Source: Planctopirus limnophila DSM 3776 (GTDB taxonomy: Bacteria; Planctomycetota; Planctomycetia; Planctomycetales; Planctomycetaceae). From it: 32,000 nucleotides of DNA. Location of the stretch: assembly GCF_000092105.1 (NCBI RefSeq), contig NC_014148.1:3660001-3692000 (forward strand), in the 5' to 3' direction. Position 1 is the first letter of the stretch. Every line of letters begins with the position of its first letter. Position numbers and translations under genes: made by a program. Positions 25,216 to 32,000 of the stretch are shown one piece after another. Below the pieces are notes generated by a model. It did no database searches. It was not told the DNA's origin and saw nothing but the letters and a program-made list of their open reading frames with translations.

Positions 25216-27039
25216 TTACCGGGAAAGAACTGGATCCAGCCATAAGCCCCAATCCTGATAGGTTCCGTCTTCTGAGGGTGAGGTGACGAGTTGCAATTGA
25301 TTGACATCGCTCACATCCACCTGAAAGGAAACGAGCTGATCAGCTTTGACGATTGGGGATTTCCATAATGTCTTGCCATCCCCCCGAATCTCGAAGATCA
25401 CTGAGCCACCTGAACCCGTCGCCAATCCCACTTTCCCTGCGAGTTGTTTCCATTTTTTGCCGAGAGAGTAGACATGCTCAGCCGGTGCATGGGCATAGAT
25501 TCCTTTCGCAAAGATTTCTCCCCGGCACTCGAGCAGGATGGAGGCGTTGGGCAAGCGATTGAAGGCGGGTTGCATCCAGCCGACCTTGGCAGAGTCGGCT
25601 CGATAACTGGTGAGGCTGGACTCTTTACGCTTGCCGGTTTCTTCCGCGGGTGTTTGAGAGGGTGGCGTCGTGTTGAACAAGACGTTTGCGATGGTCTGAG
25701 CATCACGAACCTTCAGCTTTTCTTTCTCCTGCTTGGCGAGCTTCATGTTTCCATTATTGATGGCGGCTAGAAAGGGGCCCAGCACCTGCCGCGTTTGAAT
25801 GGCCTTTAACTCGGGAACACCAGCCTTTGTTACGAAATACGAGTACTCCATCTCCCCCTGTGCATGCTGACTCGAAGTGGCTCCATTGGCATGCAATGCC
25901 ACCAAGCGCAGGGTTCCCCACTGGCCGGGAGTTAAGGCTTTGGAACTCAACTTAAAGGCTCCGTCCCGTGTGGGAATGGCTGTCGCCGATGTGGCGTTGT
26001 AGTCGCTGTTTCCTTCGGGATCAAAATACGCCACCACACCGTAAACGGGAGGCTCTCCCTGAATGTTTCCTTCGACAGAAATCGAATGATCTTCAGCACG
26101 AATCCGCAGGTTTTTCAAAGTCAGATTCGTTTTGAATTGCTGGGGTTCCTGACGACCACAGAAGAGGGGATGTGAGGCCAGGCGAAGAGCATGGGCAAAT
26201 GTCAGAAAAGAGCCCCGGCCTTCCCCGCGAACTTCTTCAAAGTAGGTGCGATTCCCTGATCCCATCAGGGCAGAGCCGAGGACGGCTTCATCAGGCCGGG
26301 CAGTGCAATGGGGTAATCCGAAGGCATGGCCGAGTTCGTGTGCCATACCGCCGATGAAGATCGAGTTGTGCCTGCCTAAGGAAATGCGACCATATTCGCC
26401 GTCGCGAAGCATGGGTTCTTTTTTGGTAAGATTCAAAGTGTCGAGTTCGGGAGAGTCGAGTTGCCAGGCTGTCCCGCTGCGATAGGTGCCACCGGCGTAA
26501 TAAGGTGATTTATGCTCGAAAGTCAGCTTCTGTTCGTCCCACGTGGCGAGATTACAAAAGATGGCAATGGTTTCCTGGGAGGCATTGATCCCGGCTTTTT
26601 GAAGTAGGGGCAGACATTCTTTGCGAATCTCGTCCCCTGATTTCTTTTCGTAATCGGCAAAGGGTTTGGCTCCACGCACTTCGTGGATGACGACCTGACC
26701 ATTCTGGTTAAGCTGCAAGCCGAACGATTTTGGCCCAAAGCCATTCCGCTCCATCTGGGCTGCATAGAAGGCCTGGATGTGCTGAAGCATCCGCGTCATG
26801 CGGGCCTGATGGTCTGCTGGAAACTCCCGATCTTTGGGCGTGAAGCAGACAATGTGGAGATATCGCTCGATCGGTTGTGTATTGGCCTTCTGCCATGGTT
26901 CAAGAATCGCACTTGCTGCGGCGGCCTGCTGGGGAATTTCGGCGATGTCGGCAGCGACGAGAGGGGTGGCCAACCCATGGCCGGCCAAGAAAGTCAGGGC
27001 CGAGATCACCCACCCGGCAAAACATCGAATAGAGGTCAT
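25216..27039 (-). CDS. Secreted protein with a metzincin-type zinc motif and a C-terminal NPCBM/NEW2-like carbohydrate-binding domain
   Basis: ORF 25216..27090. The likely start is ATG 27039 (MTSIRCFAGWVISALTFLAGHGLA signal peptide). It has an exact HEXXHXXGXXH motif (HELGHAFGLPH). The C-terminal ~140 aa resemble NPCBM (VGWMQPAFNRLP...KGIYAHAPAEHVYSLGKKW...GSVIFEIRGDGKTLWKS...QDWGLWLDPVL). Confidence 0.7.
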   Translation of the reverse strand: MTSIRCFAGWVISALTFLAGHGLATPLVAADIAEIPQQAAAASAILEPWQKANTQPIERYLHIVCFTPKDREFPADHQARMTRMLQHIQAFYAAQMERNGFGPKSFGLQLNQNGQVVIHEVRGAKPFADYEKKSGDEIRKECLPLLQKAGINASQETIAIFCNLATWDEQKLTFEHKSPYYAGGTYRSGTAWQLDSPELDTLNLTKKEPMLRDGEYGRISLGRHNSIFIGGMAHELGHAFGLPHCTARPDEAVLGSALMGSGNRTYFEEVRGEGRGSFLTFAHALRLASHPLFCGRQEPQQFKTNLTLKNLRIRAEDHSISVEGNIQGEPPVYGVVAYFDPEGNSDYNATSATAIPTRDGAFKLSSKALTPGQWGTLRLVALHANGATSSQHAQGEMEYSYFVTKAGVPELKAIQTRQVLGPFLAAINNGNMKLAKQEKEKLKVRDAQTIANVLFNTTPPSQTPAEETGKRKESSLTSYRADSAKVGWMQPAFNRLPNASILLECRGEIFAKGIYAHAPAEHVYSLGKKWKQLAGKVGLATGSGGSVIFEIRGDGKTLWKSPIVKADQLVSFQVDVSDVNQLQLVTSPSEDGTYQDWGLWLDPVLSR

Positions 27040-27542
27040 GAAGTCAGCGTTCGGCGAGATGCCAGAGGAGAAGAGAGTGGCGTTTTGCACGTTCAGGGGC
27101 CTGTTTTAGAACCACGGGAGCGAATCATCTGGGGAAAAGTCATGCAGGACTCAGAGTGGAATCATTGGCGGATAAGTGGCCGTCGCTTTGCTCTGCGGAA
27201 TGACGCTCTCCAGTTTTCCAGTCAACTCAACTGTTTGCATGCACAATGAGTGTGACAAATAAAACCGTCGGGAGCAATTCTGGGAGCGGTCGTCTGAGTG
27301 AATAGCGTACGGAAGAAAATCAACGAATAGCGTTTGAATCGAGAGCCGTGCATGGAGGCGTTGTCGGCCATCGTTGCACCATCAGCGTGGTCGTGGGTGG
27401 GAAATAATCGGGTGAATCGGAAGCTAGCTATCTGACAGAATCTTCACGTCTATTCTGGATTGCTGAGTCTCGATTTCAGCACAGGGGAGGATTACGCTCG
27501 GATGGCGCCCGCAGTCGTGACTCATTTTTTTGAAGGGCCATC

Positions 27543-27902
27543 ATGCCGAAGACGACGCTGTTCGACGAACTGGTTCCGCATTTGAAGAAGAAGACTGGGT
27601 CAGTGACCCGGATCTACTTCAGACGCGGCAAGGTGCGACCGGGCGACAAGGTCGCTATCAAGAGAAAAGATGTATCCACTGGTGACATCGCTTTTGAGTG
27701 GACGGGAGATGTCGAGAAGTGGAAGGGGAAGTTTGTTCTGGTGAAATTGTATTGTAAGGTGGGTTACAAACCACCCACCAGGACGAAGTCGAGTGTTCCG
27801 GTCGTCGATGAGGATGTCGTCGAAGTGGTGGTCACGGTGACTGCAGGCACCGAACCGGTCGATGAAGAAACTATTGTCGTCCCTCTGAGTGACGAGGGAT
27901 AG
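27543..27902 (+). CDS. Hypothetical small cytoplasmic protein, paralog A (acidic V/T/D/E-rich tail)
   Basis: 119 aa with no signal peptide. It shares collinear motifs with 28100..28504: MP..LF[DE]xLxPxLK...GxxTRI, FxWxGxV, CKxG, DEDV[VI][ED]...TVT....P[VI]D[ED]. Confidence 0.6.
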   Translation: MPKTTLFDELVPHLKKKTGSVTRIYFRRGKVRPGDKVAIKRKDVSTGDIAFEWTGDVEKWKGKFVLVKLYCKVGYKPPTRTKSSVPVVDEDVVEVVVTVTAGTEPVDEETIVVPLSDEG

Positions 27903-28099
27903 CCGCCGTTCGTACAAGGCAGGCCGCCGGAGATTAAGCGGGAAGAGCCTTGGGGCGAGGTCGAAGGGGTCAGTGGGACGGGTGGATCATAAAGCACACT
28001 TCATACACTTTTCATGAGCGACGGGGGATGGTGCGGGGCCCTCACAGCCCGTACACTCTGGTCGCGCTCGGCGAAACCACCTTTTCTCAAGGGCCAGAT

Positions 28100-28504
28100 A
28101 TGCCACTCTTTGAAAATCTAAAGCCACTTCTCAAGGGCTATGAAGGCGCAATTACACGTATCATCATTCCGGTGAACAGCGGCTTCGTGGTCAATCAGAA
28201 ATTCAGGATAGACGCCACAGACAGCTCTGGGAGAGTCTTTCGATGGAGAGGGGTGGTTAAAGCCGTTGTCCAAAAGCCAAACTTGCTTAAACTTCGATTG
28301 AAATGCAAGAAGGGCGTGCCACGGCCATCCGACTCGCTAACACTTGCCTCCGCGACAGTGAGACCAGCAATCACGGATGAGGATGTCATCGATCTCACCT
28401 TGACGGTTACGATTGAAAACAACGACCCCATTGATGACGTCCTCATCAACGCCATTCTGACTCTCGAAGAACCGGAGTATCCCTTGGATCCGGACGACCT
28501 ATAA
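28100..28504 (+). CDS. Hypothetical small cytoplasmic protein, paralog B of 27543..27902
   Basis: ORF 27950..28504. The start at ATG 28100 (MPLFENLKPLLKGYEGAITRI) was chosen because it aligns with the paralog A N-terminus. The sequence just upstream (TTTTCTCAAGGGCCAGAT-ATGCC) also matches that upstream of A (TTTTTTGAAGGGCCATC-ATGCC). Confidence 0.6.
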   Translation: MPLFENLKPLLKGYEGAITRIIIPVNSGFVVNQKFRIDATDSSGRVFRWRGVVKAVVQKPNLLKLRLKCKKGVPRPSDSLTLASATVRPAITDEDVIDLTLTVTIENNDPIDDVLINAILTLEEPEYPLDPDDL

Positions 28505-28563
28505 CCACCGTCTCAAGAAAAGGGGGGCCGCTGTTTGGTATATTTCAGCCATTGAACCTTGTG

Positions 28564-31509
28564 CTACTTCGCCCGGCTCGTCTCACTGCGGTCAATGTCA
28601 TTGCTAGCGATTTTGCCCCACTCCGCCACACGCTTTTCCAGCGTCTGGCGGACTTTGGGGGAGCGGAGGCTTTCGGGTTCCATCGCGGCTTCTTTGGCGA
28701 GAGCAGCGGTGGCCTCTTTGAGCGCTGCGATTGCCTCCTGGGGGCGGTTGGTGGCGTGATAGACTTCGGCCCTCTCGACCCACATTTTATGCAGGTTGTC
28801 GTAAGTACTGCCGGAGGCTTTGTCGGCGGGGACGGAGCGGAGGATGGCCTCTGATCGCTCGAGTGCCGCTAAAGCCTCAGGAAACTCGGATTTGAGCCGG
28901 TAGATCTTGCCGCGGGTTTTCCACGCGCTGGCCAGGTTACCCTTGAATCCCACACTCGATGGACTACCGTTGCTCAGTTGTTCGTAGTGCTCCAAAGCCT
29001 CGGCGAGTTGTTGAAGCTGCTCGTCTGTCACGGTGCCGGATTGAGCAGAACCATCGGCATTCCAATGAAGAAGTCGGGCGTAGGGATAAGCGATTGCCGC
29101 ATGACTTTTGTCGATCTTCATCCAGGACTTAACAGTGATAATCGACTGAGCGTAGACTTCGCGGGCTTCAGCCGGTCGGCCGAGTTCGTCGAGGAGCCAA
29201 CCGTGCCAAGCCATCGCCAGTGCCGCAACGGAGCGGTCGGTATAGACCCCTGCCGGTGGTTGGCAAAAAGTCAGAAACTCGGCGACACTCCGGCGGGCGA
29301 AGTCCTCCGCGCGGACATTGTCGTCCAGTTCGATCCATAAGCCGATCCTGCCGAATTGTACATTGGCGGCACATTTGCGAGGGGAGAGGTCAGTGGGGTT
29401 GGCCAAGATCAGCGGTGATATCCATTGATCGGCCTCATCGTAGTCAAGTGCCGCCGCACGGAGCTGACCTACGGCTCTCTTGAAGTTGCCGAGATCACGA
29501 TAGGTTTCGCAGACGAGCATGCGAGCCATACGTGGGTCGGTCGCGCGTGGAAAATTCCGCAATTGAAGGTCAAGCGACTGCTGCATCCGCTCGATAGCCG
29601 CTTTCCGTTGGCCAATCCGCATGATTTGGTTCGCTGAATAGCGAGCCGACTTAGCGTAAAGCTCGGCGATCCGCTGATCATTGGGATGCGCCTCTGACAG
29701 AAGTGCGAGGGCTTCAAAAGACTGAGTCATGAGTTTTGCGCGATAAGCATCTGTGTCGGGAACCTTCGCAAGTGTTACTTCCGCCTCATTGAGCAGCCCC
29801 ACCGACAGGTCGGTGAGCATGATGCGGTCTTTTTCGACGCGGTCGCGCTGTTTCGAGATCTCGTTGTTCTTCGCGGTAAGGATGGTGTTCTGGCGGGTGA
29901 CGAGGACTCCGATAATGAGTGTGGCAACCAGGGTGGCCGTGAGCACGCCGGCTGTGGTGGTGGCCAGGGTTTGATGGCGGCGGATCCAGCGGAAGGCCCG
30001 CTGCCTCAGGGGTTCGCGGTAGACAGCGACGGGTTCGTCGTTGAGGAAAAGTTCAAGGTTTTCCGCCAATTCCAGTGCAGATTGATAGCGGTTCGCCTGC
30101 ACGGGGGACATCGCCTTGAGGCAGATGGCCTCCAATGCCGGGGGGGCTTGAGGCGCGAGTTCGCGGGGAGGCACATAGCGGCATTGGCGGACGGCTTCGA
30201 CCAGTTCCTCCCTGGCGATCCGTTCATAGGGGGCCTGGCCAGTGAGAATCGAGTAGAGCGTCGCCCCCAGGCAAAAGACATCCGACGTCGGCCCGAGGGC
30301 ATCGATTTCACCGCGAGCCTGTTCGGGACTCATGAAGGCCAGAGTGCCGATGACGCTGCCATCCTGGGTGGCCGACGAACCTTCGCCGGAAAGGGGGGTG
30401 ACAGTGGGTTCCTCGGCCTGTTCGTGGGTCCCTTTCTTGCCGATCGTCTTGGCGATGCCCCAATCGACGACGAGCGTTTCGCCGTACTTGCCGAGCATGA
30501 TGTTGCCGGGCTTCAAGTCGCGATGGAGGACACCCCGGCTGTGCGAGTATTCGATCGCGTTGCAGACATCGATGAGCCGGCGGAGGAGTTTGTTGAGGGT
30601 CAGCCGCCGCTCATCGGGGGAGAGGGCGTGCGAGTTGGCACCGTGCAGGCGGTCGATGGCCTCCTTGAGGCTGTCGCCGCGAATGAAACGCATGACGTAG
30701 AAGGGGGAACCGGCTTCGGTAGAGCCGAGGCTGTAGACGGGGACGATGCCGGGATGTTCAAGGCAGCCAGTGACTTTGCCCTCGAGGAGAAACCTCGCCC
30801 GGCTGTTGGGGTCACCTCGAAAACGAGGCTGCAGTTCTTTCAAGGCGACCTCGCGTTGAAACTCGCAATCTTCCGCCAACGAGACCTGTCCCAGCCCTCC
30901 CTTAGCATGCAGTTTCAGGATACGGAAGCGGGGTTTGCCCGACTTGGCGGGCTTGCTCGCCGCTTCGCCACTCTGTGGTACGCCACTCCTGGATTCGCGC
31001 GCCTCAAGCTCGCGTGCCGGCAATTCCTCCGGCTGTTGGTTATCGAGCGGTGATTCGATGAGGATGGTGGGGAGCTTGGCCCAAGGCATCCCGGCGGAGG
31101 CATCGGACGAGGGAACTGGTGACGAAGCCTCCCGCGAAGGAGTTCCGGGAGTGGCCATGCGGGTTTTCACGAGCTGGCTGATCGAAGCCTGGAGATCCGG
31201 GTCGACCAGATCCTTGACCGACTCGACCATATCATCGACAGAACTGAGCGAAGCAAGACTCTGGGCCGCGGATCCGCCATGGAGTTCAATGTGTTTGGCG
31301 ACGATCGATTTAATGAAGTCGCACGTCTCGGCCGAGATGGACTGCTGCCGGAGGAGCAGGTCTTCAAGCGGCAGCTCTTTTTGATGGATCCAAGCCTGCA
31401 TGGCCGCGATCAATTGGGCGGGGGTGACGGAATTGAGCTGAAGCGCCATGACACCGGCGATAAGATTGCGATCGGTCAGTCTGGATTCCATCGGCTCGTT
31501 TTCCCGCAA
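28564..31509 (-). CDS. Transmembrane Ser/Thr protein kinase with an extracytoplasmic C-terminal TPR-like repeat domain
   Basis: 981 aa. Gly-rich loop GGLGQV, VALKEL lysine, HRDLKPGNIML, DWG (variant of DFG), and an SPEQ APE-like motif. One TM helix (LATTTAGVLTATLVATLIIGVLV), then ~400 aa of helical repeats. Confidence 0.93.
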   Translation of the reverse strand: MRENEPMESRLTDRNLIAGVMALQLNSVTPAQLIAAMQAWIHQKELPLEDLLLRQQSISAETCDFIKSIVAKHIELHGGSAAQSLASLSSVDDMVESVKDLVDPDLQASISQLVKTRMATPGTPSREASSPVPSSDASAGMPWAKLPTILIESPLDNQQPEELPARELEARESRSGVPQSGEAASKPAKSGKPRFRILKLHAKGGLGQVSLAEDCEFQREVALKELQPRFRGDPNSRARFLLEGKVTGCLEHPGIVPVYSLGSTEAGSPFYVMRFIRGDSLKEAIDRLHGANSHALSPDERRLTLNKLLRRLIDVCNAIEYSHSRGVLHRDLKPGNIMLGKYGETLVVDWGIAKTIGKKGTHEQAEEPTVTPLSGEGSSATQDGSVIGTLAFMSPEQARGEIDALGPTSDVFCLGATLYSILTGQAPYERIAREELVEAVRQCRYVPPRELAPQAPPALEAICLKAMSPVQANRYQSALELAENLELFLNDEPVAVYREPLRQRAFRWIRRHQTLATTTAGVLTATLVATLIIGVLVTRQNTILTAKNNEISKQRDRVEKDRIMLTDLSVGLLNEAEVTLAKVPDTDAYRAKLMTQSFEALALLSEAHPNDQRIAELYAKSARYSANQIMRIGQRKAAIERMQQSLDLQLRNFPRATDPRMARMLVCETYRDLGNFKRAVGQLRAAALDYDEADQWISPLILANPTDLSPRKCAANVQFGRIGLWIELDDNVRAEDFARRSVAEFLTFCQPPAGVYTDRSVAALAMAWHGWLLDELGRPAEAREVYAQSIITVKSWMKIDKSHAAIAYPYARLLHWNADGSAQSGTVTDEQLQQLAEALEHYEQLSNGSPSSVGFKGNLASAWKTRGKIYRLKSEFPEALAALERSEAILRSVPADKASGSTYDNLHKMWVERAEVYHATNRPQEAIAALKEATAALAKEAAMEPESLRSPKVRQTLEKRVAEWGKIASNDIDRSETSRAK

Positions 31510-31597
31510 TGATGATCCACTACGCCCTGATGTGGGCGTGATTCATAGCGAAGAGTGTAGGCAAGAGTAACTCTTCAAGGCTACGGAAAAACGACAA

Positions 31598-31627
31598 AAG
31601 AGGCACCTGACGGATCAGCTGCCTCTT
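31598..31627 (-). terminator. Candidate intrinsic terminator downstream of the response-regulator remnant
   Basis: The minus strand reads AAGAGGCA-(14 nt loop)-TGCCTCTT, a perfect 8-bp stem, followed immediately by the T-rich TTGTCGTTTTTCC. It lies 27 nt after the TAA at 31654-31656. Confidence 0.45.
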
Positions 31628-31653
31628 ACATTTGGCAGCAGTCGGGCTGCAGG

Positions 31654-31842
31654 TTAGGCCAGTTGCTTTTTGCGGCTTACCAGGGTTCGAATTCGTTCTG
31701 CAAGCAGCGTGGCATCGAATGGCTTACGAATTGTTTCGCTGAAGAGTGAGCGGTCGATACCACTCGCAGTGTCTTCATCGGTCAGTAATGCCGCCAGTAC
31801 TGTATCGGCAAATGGCCCAAAGAACGCCAAGCCAACAAATGA
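31654..31842 (-). pseudogene. C-terminal fragment of a response-regulator receiver domain (no ATG; truncated or frameshifted)
   Basis: Manual minus-strand translation: SFVGLAFFGPFADTVLAALLTDEDTASGIDRSLFSETIRKPFDATLLAERIRTLVSRKKQLA*. This matches the beta4-alpha4-beta5 (KPFD)-alpha5 end of CheY-like receivers. It is preceded by an in-frame TAA at 31843-31845. The upstream sequence is AT-rich and open only in another frame (ORF 31775..31984). Confidence 0.45.
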
Positions 31843-32000
31843 TTACCCGTCTCTCTTTTATAGGTCTCTTTATAATATGAAACTCTATTTCACCACACAA
31901 TAACAAGACCGTAGGGAAGAGATTAGGTTTTGCTTCGATGAGTGCCAGCTTACGAATATTTATGTGTGCAGCCAGAGCGCTCAACGTCTGGATGAGGGGC

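Noticed and set aside
27300-27333. A 9-bp direct repeat, GAATAGCGT, occurring twice 25 bp apart in the 450-bp intergenic region upstream of paralog A.
   Set aside because: By rough estimate, a single 9-mer repeat within ~450 bp is expected by chance at a frequency of order a few tenths. With no third copy or palindromic structure it is not significant on its own.
31684-31692. GGTTCGAAT, resembling a tRNA T-loop.
   Set aside because: The flanking bases do not form a T-stem (CAGGG versus TCGTT) and no acceptor or anticodon arms can be drawn. It lies inside the receiver-domain coding remnant (…ERIRTL…).
1-32000. Scanned for CRISPR-like regularly spaced repeats, rRNA, tRNA, long tandem repeats, integrase or att-like junctions, and toxin-antitoxin-sized gene pairs.
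   Set aside because: None was found by eye. The only significant DNA repeat is the REP-like pair. The only mobile-element gene is the frameshifted Y1 transposase. A computational repeat/tRNA/ncRNA scan (tRNAscan-SE, Infernal/Rfam, MinCED) would be needed to be definitive.

Overview
This 32 kb window looks like chromosomal DNA from a Planctomycetota-type genome. Supporting this: two DUF1559 proteins with prepilin-type N-termini, a TPR-containing Ser/Thr kinase, many lineage-specific secreted or lipoproteins, and housekeeping genes scattered singly rather than in classical operons. I can support about 27 protein-coding genes. Confident housekeeping calls are serA, hisF, proC, scpB and ligA. Family-level calls are an ECF sigma factor, an M48 peptidase, a processive GT2 synthase, a Wza-like polysaccharide export lipoprotein, a radical SAM enzyme, a COG0523-type G3E GTPase, an orphan Tat-lipoprotein solute-binding protein, a metzincin-motif protein with an NPCBM-like C-terminus, and a Ser/Thr kinase. 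I found no rRNA, tRNA or CRISPR array. Non-routine items: (1) a frameshifted REP-associated (RayT/IS200-like Y1) transposase gene flanked by inverted ~34 bp REP-like palindromes; (2) a co-directional solute-binding protein / CxCC GTPase / radical SAM cluster that I cannot assign to a named pathway; (3) two tandem paralogous small cytoplasmic proteins of unknown family with acidic tails and a duplicated translation-initiation region; (4) a Pro/Gln-rich lipoprotein translationally coupled to a Wza-like exporter that carries a ~220-residue low-complexity insertion, close to a processive GT2 synthase; (5) a response-regulator remnant next to an AT-rich break at the right edge. None of these is proven to be a new system. 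All functional links are inferred from adjacency and motifs, and no database search was possible.
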